DNA of 64,000 bases from Anthoceros angustus (Eukaryota > Plantae > Anthocerotophyta). Both the position numbers and the translations under genes were made by a program. Below are positions 39,131 to 51,719 of this stretch, piece by piece (the stretch's first letter is position 1; each line of letters opens with the position of its first letter). The stretch covers positions 310,001 to 374,000 of the forward strand of contig VJWM01000135.1 in the NCBI GenBank assembly GCA_010909165.1. Reading direction: 5' to 3'. The notes beneath the pieces were generated by a model. That model did no database searches. It was not told where the DNA came from and saw only the letters and a program-made list of their open reading frames with translations.

Positions 39131-40154
39131 TGCAGCTGCAGGGAGGTGAGATCTGAAGGCGGGATCTGGTGACTTGCTGTCCAATTGCTTGCTCTGCTGC
39201 GCGTTTTAAGCCTTGCATGCATGTGGGACGGGAAGAGGCCAAATCTACGCTCTGTTCTCTGTGCTGATCATGCGTCGTCGATGGTAACGAGGCGGGATCT
39301 GGAAGTGAGATGCAACCGGCTTAGAGAGAAACTGAAGGACGTTCAGTATCACACCGGCTGGTCGATGATCGCGAGAAGTGCCCCTGTTGAACGCTCGCAT
39401 TCTGTGTGTATCAGGAATGTCCCGCTTGGCAATCGTCTCTGTGTGAGATCCATCTTTCCTCCCTCGGGCCTGCAGGCTGGATGCATGTTGGTGAGGATTC
39501 GGAGCCTGCCTTTGTGCCAACGTGATACGCTTCTCTCCCTGCATGTCGATCTTGAAGCCGTGATCGCCATCGAGTTCCTGTTCAGCGGCATGGCAGAGTA
39601 GCCAAATGGCACATCCGCACCATTCTTCTCACATAACCCTAGCTCTTAAGACCGAGTGAAGCTATACGGGATTCCCCTCCCGGATGACGTAAGAATGGCC
39701 AGGCCTGTGAGATCCGGAGTCGGATGTCTGCAGTTGTGCAGCAGCAAGCACAGCACTGGTCTCCCAGCTCAGTGTGTGAAGTTGTCACTCGGAAGCCTCC
39801 ATCTCTCGTGTTGCAGGGCAGGATGCGGTCTCTTCCCATCCCCATCCCGATCCCGATCCCGATCCCAAGCCCGAGCCCTAAACCCTGAACCCGGAAGAAT
39901 GCTGTCCAGCAAATTACGTCCATTGCCACTTACGCCTGCCTGCCTGCGGATGGCGGATGGCGGATGTTTGGCCGCACCGGTTGTTGCTGCTGCTTCGAGA
40001 CTCAAGCGAGGACGAGTTTCAACTTAGTTTCTCCGTGGTTTGAAACTGTATTGCAGAGATTTGGCCACGCGTGTTACTCCCTGGCATGATCATGGGGCTC
40101 ACATGTTGACGGATTGCTCACAGCAGCACGCGGGGCTGCATTTGCTCTCCGCTC

Positions 40155-42960
40155 ATGCCAATGGCCCTGATTGCGAAAACAACTCTGTATTTCTGCGGGC
40201 CAGCTTCCGATTTGCTTACGAAGAGCAGACCGAGTGCGGGCCAGAAAAGGCTTGCTCTTCAACACAATGCGCTGCACTTCCCTCAGGTAGTTCTGAATGC
40301 GGTCCTCGGTACTAGCTGTGTGTATGCCAGAGTTTCTGCTCTTGCGCAAATTCCCAACTCGCTTGTTTTGAAGGTTGCTTCACTGCAGGTCGGCTGCCAG
40401 ACAGCTGGATTCCAATGCGGGAGTAAGGCCAATGTGGCCACACGACAGAGGAGCCAAGGTCACAGGCTCCATGCCGGTGGCAAGCGTGGCGAGCCCTTTG
40501 CACAGGCTCGTGAAGGGATTCAGCGGGTTCTCAGACACACTTTTAAACTGCTCCAAGGAGTTGGCACGCTTTCCTGGCTAGGATTCCAGAGCTATGGTGC
40601 AGACATTGAGGCGGGTTCGCAGTACACGGGGAGGGGAAGGAGCTGGGCTTTGTTGCTTGGCTCAGCTGCTGCTGCCTTGCTCTTGATAGGTGGCCCGGCC
40701 CACCTCGCCATACAACCTACATGTGAGGAGCAGAATCACTTTGTGGGTTGTCTGTGGTATGAACAACTTTTGCTCGAGGATGACTGTGAGAGCCTGATGC
40801 TGATTGCCTCGGTGGGGTGGGGGCTGCCAGGGGCTCTTACAGAAGAGAATCTGATATTTTTGGAGGCCTGGCGAGTAGTTGATAGGGCGTATGTTGACAA
40901 GAGTTTTAATGGGCAAAGCTGGTTTCGATACAGAGAGGATGCTCTCCGTCGTGAGCCCATGAAGACTCGTGAGGAGACATGTATGTGCATCACCGTCTGA
41001 CTCATGACACCTCATGTTGCTGCTCGTTCTTCTGTGTGGATATGGATCTGTTTGATCAACTTTCCTGATCGTTCCAGACGCTGCCATACGCAAAATGCTG
41101 GCCACGCTGGATGATCCGTTCACCAGGTTTCTGGAGCCAGAGAAGTTCAAGAGTTTAAGGGTAGGTAGCTGCTGGTCCATGGTTGAACTGAAAACTTTGA
41201 GGAATAGGGAAGGTGGGGTGGAAGATGTCGTCAGTGCCTCTGCATTCTAAGCAGAAATGTGTTGCCTTGTTTTGTGAAAGACAGTCAGGCACTAGTGGCG
41301 CTGTGACTGGAGTAGGTCTGGAGGTGGGATTCGATATGACTGGTAATGTGACTTCTGAACAACTTGTCGTTGTTACACCTGTTACTGGGGGTCCAGCAGA
41401 GCGTGCTGGTGTGTTGCCAGGCGATTTGATTCTAGCCATTGATGGTGTTCCCACTGCGGGCATGGGACTTTATGAGGCTGCACAACGTCTACAGTAAGGG
41501 CTTGTACCCATTGTTGCATCCCTCGAGTGCTTCTCTGCGTGGATACAAGAAATGTCACTGTTCATGATGGTAGCCGTATGGCTGTTTCCTTTCAGGGGTC
41601 CATTGAATTCGGAGGTTGGCTTGACACTGCAAAGTGATAACTATCTCAAGACTGTCACAGTTCTGTAAGTCCACTACCTAGGCCCATGTAGCACTGATCG
41701 TAGTGTCGCTGCTTGAGTGAACCAGATCTACCATTGAAGTTTAAAGCTGCTGACATCTGATTGTTTGGGAAGGAGGGAGAAGATCACAATAAACCCTGTC
41801 ACATGGCGGTTATGTGAGGTGCAAAGGGATGAAGGCTCTCCACTCAAGTTGGGATATATACGCCTATCGACTTTCAATCAGAATTCTTCCAGTAATTTCA
41901 CTGCACTGGAGCTACACTTTTCACCTCTTACTGCCTTTAAAGCAGTTGAAACATGGGCGGTATTCACGTCAGCAATGGTCTGCCAACAGTGGCCATTTGT
42001 ATGTGGCAGGAGCTGTAAAGGATGCTATCCGACACTTGAAGGACGATGGAGCTACTGCTTATGTTCTTGATATCAGAAACAATAGGTGGAGACATTGGAT
42101 AGTATTTGGCTTTCAGTTTGTGGCATGAAGCTGCGGGGGCCGTGTCTGCTCTTACATCCTTGCTTCTTTGATTTCAGTGGAGGCCTGTTTCCAGCGGGAA
42201 TTGAAATAGCAAAAATGTGGTACGACATTGGAAATGTCACAAACTCTGTACTGTCGTATAGCACAGCTTCTTTCTCCTGTTTATGGGCTGTCTTGAATCC
42301 AATGGCAGGCTGGATAAGGGAGTGATTGTCTACATAGCTGACAGCATGGGAGTGCGAGACATTTATGAGACCAATGGTGAAGGAGCCATTGCTACCACAG
42401 AACCTCTGGCTGTCCTGGTAATTGGCATCCTGTACTCTCGTTCGTCTCTGTCAGACATTATCAAGGCAGCCTCTTACTAGCTTCAATACCAGGTGAACAA
42501 AGGAACAGCCAGTGCGAGTGAGATCCTTGCTGGTGCTCTGAAGGACAACCGTCGAGCTGTCATCTTGGGTGAGCCCACTTTTGGCAAAGGGTGAGTGCCC
42601 TGACTCTGCTGTTCAGTCGTTAGCCCTCTCAAGACTTCATCCTGATTGGTCGTCCCATATCAGGCGAATCCAGTCTGTATTTGAGCTCTCCGACGGCTCC
42701 GGAATGGCTGTTACAATTGCCAGATACGAGACCCCAGCCCACATAAACATCGACCAGGTTAGTCCTCAATTCATTGCATCTGTTAGCCCTCATTGTGATT
42801 GCTGCTTAGGTTATCGAAGCGGGAACCTTTGCAGGTAGGGATAACACCCGACCATGATCTCCCTCCAACCATCCCCATGGACGGGGAGAGCTTCTGTAAA
42901 TGTATTGAAGACCCATCAGCAACGTGCAACCTCCCTGTATCCGCTCTGTTCTCAAGATAA
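40155..42960 (+). CDS. CTPA: Chloroplast D1 C-terminal processing peptidase (CtpA, CTPA2-like), multi-exon
   Basis: [39 protein letters not shown] region, [45 protein letters not shown]-terminal ...ALFSR*. Start codon is inferred. Confidence 0.92.
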
Positions 42961-43530
42961 TTATGTTTTGTTTCCCATATTCAATTGATTTCAAATTATG
43001 GTGTCCGCATCTGGACTGCCCTCGATTCGTTACAAGCCCTAAAAGTTGGTCCTCCGGAGCATGGAACCTGGACTGAGTCTGATTTTACCAGCCTAAATCC
43101 TAGACACGATTTCCTGGTTAGGTCTTCGAAAGCTTTCTTTCTGTGTAAACCTTGGACCCTGTGGTATTCGAAAGCTTCTCCCGCCAACTTCAACTTGCTT
43201 GAAAGCACTTGGGTTGTAAACCGTAGAAACCAATGGATGATAAAAAATAAGTCACACACTGTCTCTTACTGGAACTTCCCGCCATCTCCCTGGCTACCGT
43301 GCGCCCGCGTTCAAGGATTCCATTCGTGACCTCTGTCTCGTTCGCCTGCTATGCTCGCCTTTTCATCAAGTTGTATCACGCGTCAGCAGCTCACCTCTGC
43401 TTGCTGTTGTGACGTTTTGCGCGTTCAGCAGGTGAGATGTTGTTGCGCTTCCTGTGTCGTCTTTTTCGCAGGGCCTGGATTTCGGAATGCTGGCTGCTGA
43501 AGCTCGCGGTCGGATTGCCCACGGAACGCC

Positions 43531-43538
43531 TTTCCCGC
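43531..43538 (+). promoter_or_regulatory. E2F site TTTCCCGC upstream of MSH7
   Basis: Exact consensus 80 nt before the inferred ATG; related sites at ~43178 and ~43276. Confidence 0.5.
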
Positions 43539-43610
43539 TTGCGTGACCCTAGTGGTTGTGAATTTTCAGAAGGCCGGCAGCCAGCCCTCTCGCATCGCGT
43601 GGCGGGGAGA

Positions 43611-46600
43611 ATGCCTCTGCAGCGATCCCTATTATCATTCTACTCCAATTCCTCGAAGAAGAGCAATGGTGCTTTGAGCTCAGACACAGTTACGACGCCT
43701 GAGAGCCAGAGCTCGGTGTATACCAGAAGGTCAAAGCAGGAGAATTCGCAGCAGCAACAATCACAGGTGCAGTGCTCAACTCAGCCGACTGCGAAATCGA
43801 GGGATTAGTATTCAGCCGTGCTGAGCTGCTCTTCTCTTGTGCAGAATGAGCAATTTCTACGCATCCAAGCGAAAATGGTTAGGAGAAGTACCGGGACTAC
43901 GGCAGCAACGTGCGCTGATACGGAGGGAATGCGAGATACGGCTCGCTTGGTGCAACCTTGCAGGTAAGCTACAGCAGGCCCTCCTGAACGAGTTTTCTTT
44001 ATCCTAATCCCTTTGCCTGACGAGATTTGCCGCTTTGCAGGAAAGCTTCGCCTGAAAATCTCGGAAACCCTGCCGACAGAGCTCCGCCTTCTGAATCATA
44101 TGCAGCTCGTCCACTGGTTCCTGGTATCAAGCGAGTTCGGGAGGAGGAACAGAATTCAGCAACTCCAAGTATGGCCTGTGTCCCGGATCTTGAAAAGCGA
44201 CGAAAGCTAGTGCAGGCTCTTGGAGTAGATGATGGCCTGCAGCAGGGGGGGGCTTGGGCCGAAGCAAGGGCTAAGTTCGAATGGATGACTCCTTCAAGGA
44301 TCCTTGATGGGAATCGAAGGAAACCTGGTGATCCTTTGTATGATCACAGGACACTGACAATTCCGAGTGATGTTCTTGGTAAAATGTCGGCCTCTCAGAA
44401 GCAGTATTGGTTCACCAAGAGCAAGTATATGGATACCGTGCTGTTTTTTAAGATTGTAAGTCCTTTGCCATAGGACCGCTGTATATTGTCTCTGCTGGAG
44501 GTGGTTGGCCAGAGTGTGAGCCTGGTAGCTTCAAACTGTCAGGCGCTTGGTTTTGTTGGACTCAGCATGCATGGCCAAATCTGAGCTGTTCGGTTTTGCT
44601 GTAGTTGAGGGCGTCATTCTTGTGTGCAGGGAAAGTTTTACGAGCTTTACGAGATAGACGCAGAGATTGGCCATAAGGAGCTTGATTGGAAGTTGACTGT
44701 TAGTGGTGTGGGGCGATGCAGGCAGGTTTGTCACACGATTGTATGCTCCTTCAGTATGTCTCTTCGGGGCTCCTAGGAGTTTACGCACTAATTTGATCTG
44801 TCCCGCAGGTTGGTTGCCCGGAGAGCGGTATAGATGATGCTGTTCGAAAATTAGTCTCACGTGGGTAAGTTCAAAGTTTTCCTGCTGGAACTATGGCGAT
44901 GGACGTGTGTTGGAAATTGCTGTACTGCCGTTCATGTTTTGTGGCATATTTGTCTTCAGGTATAAAGTAGGGAGAATGGAGCAAATTGAGACTGCAGAGC
45001 AGGCAAAGAAACTGCGAGGACCTGGAGCGGTGCGTTGCTTTAAAAGTGCAAGGGTTGTGCAGGGTGCTCTCCTCTTTCGCGGTTGCAGCAAAGTGATTTT
45101 TTCCTTTTAAATTGTCAGACGGTGCAGCGGGAGCTGATTGAAGTTCTTACTCCTGCTACATTGAGAGATGGCCATCTTCAGCCGGAAGCTGTTCATGTCT
45201 TGGCCTTGAAGGAGGTGGGACGCCACTTGCTCATGTCCTATACTGTATGGAGAAGCCCTTGCTTTCCCTGACAGCGTCTCCAAATTATGCAGGAGTTTGG
45301 CCGAGAAGGGGAGATAGCTTTTGGCTTTGCGTTTGCTGATGCAGCAGCTGGTCAATTCTACGTGGGCAATATTTGGGACAATGCCTCACGTTCAGCTCTT
45401 TGTGCGCTTCTGGCACAGGTGATTCTTTACAGAGTAATGTAATGTGGAGCATGGTGGGTGGACGATTTTTGTGTGGATAGTTGAATGTTGACAATATATC
45501 CATGTGAATGCAGGTTGCTCCACAGGAAGTGCTATTTGAAATTGGGGGTGAGGACTCGTCCCAGAAGATCCTTAAATCAGCCTGGTTTGCAATGCACAGG
45601 GTAGCTTCTTGGTTTCCTGTTCATCACAATGACCAAAATCATGACTTCAGGTCTCTCACAAGACACTCGGAAAGTCCTGCAACGTGCAACTGGCCCAGGT
45701 GGGTCTCAATCACAACTCCTGAAAGTACTTGCCGTTTATTTTTGTTATAGCAAGTAACAAGATGCCATTTGTCGATGGTGGTTCCGCACCAGGCTTGTTG
45801 CCCATGGTCTTAACTCCGCTTCAACCACTTGAGGAATTTATGGAACCTGTGGCTGTTCTTAAAATGCTTCAAGCGAACAAGTATTTCAAAGCTTACACTC
45901 TTGGCTCTCGAATGGATGGAGACTATAATCAGCAGTTGCCAGATGCCCTTGCTCCTTTGGAAGGAAAGCCACTAGCAACAAGTTCTCTGGGTGCACTCGT
46001 TTCTCATCTTCGTCGTCTAAAGGTAGGTGTTTCCTGCCTGGATTGTCTCCTGGTGGCATGTTAGACAGTAGGCTTTGCAGAGTAACAGGGCCTTGTACTT
46101 GTGCTTTCTTCAGTCAGATTCTGACCTACTACCAAATGGAGTCCTTGTCCCATATGAAGTTTATCGGGGCTCACTTCGGCTTGATGGGCAAACCATTTCT
46201 AACCTTGAACTCCTTGAAAACATGGCAGACTCCGGCAAGACAGGTACACTTTGTAACTTCCATTGACCCTAAAGTGCATCCCGTTGAGGCCTCGTGGACA
46301 GACGTGCTTGAAGGACTAATCCAGTAGTCTCAGTGCAGGTACACTCATAGGCTACCTTGATAACTGCTCAACACTTTTTGGGAAGCGACTTCTTCGCAGG
46401 TGGATCTGCCATCCATTACAGAATATCAAGGAAATAGATGATCGACTCAATGCTGTGGACGAACTCTTGGAGCGTACCGAACTGACATCTTCTCTGAAAA
46501 TGGGCCTGCAAAAGCTTCCTGATCTTGAACGCCTGGTAGCAAGGGTTCGAGGATTGGCTGGATCTCCTGGCCTTGGAGTAATTCCAATGGCAGCCACTCA

Positions 46601-48639
46601 AGTCCACCAGCGAAGAGTAAGTGCTTATTCGAGCGCACAGCATTATATAGTTGTTTGACACAGCGAAGATGGTTCTTCAGTGGCCGAAGTGATGGTTGTT
46701 TCGCTGTCTATTTCGCACAGCGTTGTGTCATAGCTTTCTACCCATATCTGTATGTCTTTTTTCCACTACGTATTATGTACCTGACCTGGTTGTGAACCAT
46801 GATGTTGGCTCCGCAGCTGAAGTTGTTCTGTGCCACCGTTGGAGGGATTCGAGATGCTTATGACCATTTGAAGTCTTTGTATGAAGGCCTCGATGGTCAT
46901 GGATCTCCCAAGGCGAGGATTCTGCTTACTGCGGCAAAACTATCACAACACACATTTGCTGAAGATGTCTTAAGCGAAATTGAGTCTTACATTGTCGGAA
47001 AATCAGCTGTCCCCAAACTGCGTCTTCAAGAAGAGGTTTTCAATTTGTCTTTCATGGATTTTCTGTGGTTGTGTAGTTTAAACGGCTTCCATCTAAAGTA
47101 CTTAGAAACGAAATCGGTCCTGTGACTCGTGATTTCAGAGTACTGAATTTACCTCTGCAATACTTAAACTGGCAACTTTCTAGGAGATGGAAGTGGAAGA
47201 TGAATCTACAGTGGAGAAAGAGGCTCGCGCATTGAGCAGACTGATGTCTCTTTTTAACGAGGAGGGCAAGTTCTGGATGGATGTCGTAGACGCTATTGGC
47301 ACGATTGACGTGCTCATAGCTTTTGCTATTGCTTCCAATGCGTCAGGTGGAAAGACTTGTCGGCCTAAAGTACTGATGGACAGGAGCAGACCACCTGGTG
47401 GAAAGGGAGGTTCAATCCTGTCAGTCAAGGGCTTATGGCATCCATACGCCACCGGGGGTCAAGATGGTCGAATTGTGCCCAACGACGTGGAACTCGGCAG
47501 TGAGACTAGCCGTGCAAGAACTATGCTGCTTACCGGCCCGAATATGGGAGGAAAATCCACTCTCTTACGTGCCACCTGCGTGGCTGTCATCTTGGCACAG
47601 GTATCCGCGACTTCTATTAATTGGTGAACCCATCTTGTCTGGTCACTGGGTTTTCTTTTTGCTAATTTCCTGTCTAAACTCATGATGTTCACTGTAGCTT
47701 GGCTGTCCTGTACCGGCTGAGTCATGCACAATGTCGCCTGTGGACATCATTTTCACACGCCTCGGTGCAAGTGACCGTATCATGTCTGGTGAAAGTAAGT
47801 TGCCCGTTTTTTTGACAGCACGAAGGTTGCGTCACACTGGGAGATTAGAGATGAACTCCTTTTGACAAATTGCTGTATTCAGGTACGTTTATGGTCGAAT
47901 GTAGTGAGGCTGCCTCAGTATTGCAACAAGCAACTAGTAACTCTCTAGTTGTACTGGACGAACTGGGACGAGGGACGTCCACATTTGATGGCTACGCTAT
48001 CGCCTACTCGGTATGTTTTTCTGAATTCGACGTCATTCTCATATTTGTGATGAGGCTAGCACCACATGGCATGCGGGTTACTGTGTTTCTGAAGCTGTTT
48101 GTCTTGGTCAGGTGCTTCACGACTTGGTCCAAAGGTTGGATTGCAGGCTGATGTTTGCAACGCATTACCACCCACTAACCACAGAGTTTGCAACGAATCC
48201 AGCTGTCATCCTGAAGCATATGGCTTTCACTTTTGTAAGTATGAACCAGACACGGACAGGCGAGCTTCAAGGTGAGAAAGCATCTGAACACGCTGCCACC
48301 GATCAGGACAGGGAGGACAGACAACTAGTTTTTTTGTACTCTCTGAAGTCTGGAGCATGCCGAGCAAGTTATGGCCTGCAAGTTTCCCTATTGGCTGGCA
48401 TACCGAAGACAGTGGTCAAAGCAGCTGAAGTGGCTGGTGCCAAGATGCACCAGCATTTGTGTACAGTTTTTGATTCAGCCCTCCGCAGGCAGAGTGCTAC
48501 ACAACTGACCCGGGTGAGTGAAATCTGTGCTCCATTTAGTGATGCTGGGGAAGCGTCTACTGGTTTGGTTTCACGCTACAATTCGTTGCTAAGACTGTGG
48601 AAGGAAGTGAAGACTGCAGAAACAGATTCTGCTTCATAA
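43611..48639 (+). CDS. MSH7: MutS homolog 7 (plant MSH6 paralog), multi-exon
   Basis: Starts [11 protein letters not shown]; MSASQKQYW...[37 protein letters not shown]; [15 protein letters not shown]; [17 protein letters not shown]; FATHYH. No N-terminal Tudor/PWWP seen. Confidence 0.93.
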
Positions 48640-49341
48640 TTGGAGTGTCTGCCCAACCCGAAGTGTATAGATAAGTGACCTTGGGCGAGGGTATAGAACG
48701 ATTCACGCGGATTATATGCGATTTATCAGTGGAAATTGAGCTGATAAGTGGACTAACCAGCAATCGTCTTCAATGAGAATTTTGTGCGAGCAACAAAGGT
48801 TCAATCCTTCATTGATTCTGAACCAAGCAGGCCGCTTCTTGGCCCAAAACTTGATTGTGCTCTGAGCTCAGCAATCCATCCCGAGAGCTGTCTCAGCATG
48901 CGCCCGGCTTTAGCAACCAGTGAGAATAAGCTGGCCGCAACATATGTAGAACGCAAACAAGAAATGAAGGCGAATCAGGTTTCTGGGAAGATGGTTTTCC
49001 AGATGCTTCCGTTCCAGATGCTTACACCAGTTGTTCACGATGGAAGGTAGCCACCATAGCACATCCAAAATTCAGGCAGAGAGTTGGAAGGGTAAAGAGC
49101 GGGCCTTAGTATGGCGGCATGTGTATGCCACATGCTATGCAGGACAGAAGTGGCCAGATAGGTAGGTGACAGGTGCCGAACTGCTCCCAAATGTTATTTT
49201 GATTACTTGACCTTGTAACATTGAACTGAATTGGGCCGACAATTGTTGGCCAGTATAGTAATAATAGATGGCTTGCGCCAAAAAGAAAAAGTTGAAACTA
49301 ACGGAGAGCGTTGCAACCAAGGCATGTTGTGTGGCTACCCC

Positions 49342-51719
49342 TCACATTCTACTAGGGGTGAGCGTAGTCATGACTTGATAGGCTGCTCGCATCCCGGTGT
49401 CTATAGCAGCTTGCATACAGGGGTTCACACCTGGATGTGTCGCCTCTCCTCCGAAGAAAAGCCTTCCCAGGTACGGCTCAGCCAATGTGCTTCTGGCACC
49501 ATGTCCATCAACGGAAGGGTGTGTGTACCCTCCTTGAATAAACACTTCATCCGACCAGTTAACAATGTAGCCACCTGCAAAGTTACATGATGCTGGGTTG
49601 GAGCTTGGAGTGCAAGAACCTGCGCAGCATTGTGGTCTGGACTTCAAAAACTCTTCCCTCGAATAAAATTTTGGCACCGGAGTAGAAGCACTTCCATTTA
49701 CAGACGGCCCATGAGACACCGCTGCATCTAGCCTACTTTTGAATGGGGGATTGGGGCACTTCTCATCCGGACCCCCATCCTTGCCAAACATCTCATCTAG
49801 TTGCGAGAGTGATCTCCGGAAAATCTCCTCTCTGGGCAATTTTGCAGCTTCGACTGCAGGTGCACCCGCCATGAAACCAACCACCACATACTTGCCCAGC
49901 GGTGCACTTGCACCATCCTTGGGGAGGACTGGAGGATACTTGGTCATCCAGACTTCAGGGAGAAAGCAGTTGGAACAGACCACATCAAACAAATCCTCTG
50001 GCCAGAAGCGGTCTGAGAATGCAAGAAGCACCTGCAAGACGGGGACAGCATATCCTTCAGGGTGTTCCCCAGAAAGAGGGTAGTAGTTGAACACAAAAGA
50101 AACATAGCACCGACATATTGCATCCGGATATGGGCAAGAGTTCACACTGACCTTGAGGGCATTTGACATGCCAATAGCATTTGCGGCCTTACGCTTCTGT
50201 TCAGGCAGAGGTGGAATAAAGTTGATGAAGCCCTTCTGCAATATTGTCTGATAAAATTCCGGTGTGCTTGTGAGTGTATCTGAGAAAAAAATGTGGCACA
50301 GGAGAATGTAAGAGCGTGCAAAGTGGGAGATGAGGTCATACCACAGGGACTGTCAGAATGACATAATCTGCGACAATGGTAGCGCCTTTGGAGCTTGTTA
50401 GGCGCACCCCATTTTCTTCAGAATACTCAACAGTTTTCACAGGCCAATTTAAATTCACCTGAATGAGGAAAAAGGATTCCAGTCTAAGCAGAGCATGTCC
50501 CTCGAAAATCCTCAAAGCAGAGTAAAAATGAAGAAACAAAACATGGTAAGAGCATTTACGCAGAGTCCTTGAGCAAGGTGGTCAATCACAGATGAGAGGG
50601 GCCGATCCAGAATCAAGTAGGTGTCACCATAGATCCACTCTTGAGCCTCCTGTATGCATTCACGAACACCTAGTTGCTCAAGAGAGCAGCCAAAATCATT
50701 GGCATAAATAGCTGCACCCAGCATCCAGGTGTTGGGCTTAGGAGTTAGGGCCGGGGATGGAATGGGTACATGTGGACGTTCCAGGTTACACAGAGCAGTG
50801 ACAACTACCTAAATGACCTAGATACGGCCATGCTATAAAGTCATTCATTACTCTTAACACTCAGAACACGCTCCCCAAGGCAAAAATATTCAGCACACCA
50901 AGCTGTTGCAAAAGGTAGCCGACAGATCAACATCTGAGGAAGGGCACGCAAACCAAAGGTGACGCCTTACACTGAGCAAGCTGCATGACTGTGTGGTTGA
51001 CACCCTTCTTCCGCAAGTACTCTGCCACACTCATATCTGGCAAAGTGGTATCTTCGTCAGCAATCCTGAGGAAAATGTCGTGCACATGCTGGACATCGGG
51101 ATGCGTTTCAGCCTCCTCATTTGTCAACAGTCTTCTCTCGTGGCCCAAATAGATTCGATCAGGTGGTCGTGCGTTAAGGAATAACGTGCAAACTGGGCGC
51201 CATTACGTGGCTACTGTGACGCTTTGTGAACAAGTCTAGTGAAGGCGAAAACAACAAGCGTAAACCATTTGAAGTGGGAGGATATGATAGGGGAGTTCTC
51301 GCTGCTTACAGCCCATCTCATCGACGATGCGCTTCACGGACGAATTCCTCTTTCCGTGCAGAAACTCTGGGCCAATCTGGCAAGCAAACAAGGCACGGCA
51401 CGGCACGGCACGGCACGGCACGGCACGGCACGGCACGATTGAGCCCAAAAATCCAGAGAGAGTCTCTGCAACCGCAATCGTGAGCCTGAACAAGTCTGAG
51501 ACAGGGGAGATAGAGCAGATGACGCACCTCAACGGGCCAGGGAACGAGGCCCGTAATTTGCTTGATACGACCGCCCAAGGAGGCGCCGGCCTCCAAAACC
51601 ACAACATTGGAGAAGTCGGGGTGTGAGGAAAGCAATCGGGCGGCCGACAGACCCGCGAGGCCGCCACCCACCACGACAACCCTATGGTTCTCGCTCCGCT
51701 GCTTGTCCCGGATCTCCAT
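49342..51719 (-). CDS. Flavin-containing amine oxidase (PAO/LSD1 superfamily) ending in peroxisomal signal SRM
   Basis: VVVVGGGLAGLSAAR...VLEA...GGRI, PWPVE/IGPEFLHG, VILTVP, GGYTHP, RLFFGGEAT...AAIDTGMRAA; terminal tripeptide SRM. Confidence 0.9.
51163..51285 (-). other. U12-type AT-AC intron (123 nt) in the amine oxidase gene
   Basis: Donor ATATCCTC, branch site TTCCTTAAC 10 nt before terminal CAC; splicing joins RELPY and PDRIYLGHERR in frame. Confidence 0.85.
51392..51436. repeat. (GGCAC)9 intronic microsatellite
   Basis: Nine exact copies. Confidence 0.95.

Noticed and set aside
39245-39930. Several short overlapping ORFs between the lectin and CtpA
   Set aside because: No recognisable domain or consistent splice pattern; probably promoter or UTR sequence.
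47600-47610. GTATCC donor in MSH7 as a possible U12 intron
   Set aside because: Continues GTATCCGC rather than GTATCCTT, and the intron ends in an ordinary TAG with no clear U12 branch site.
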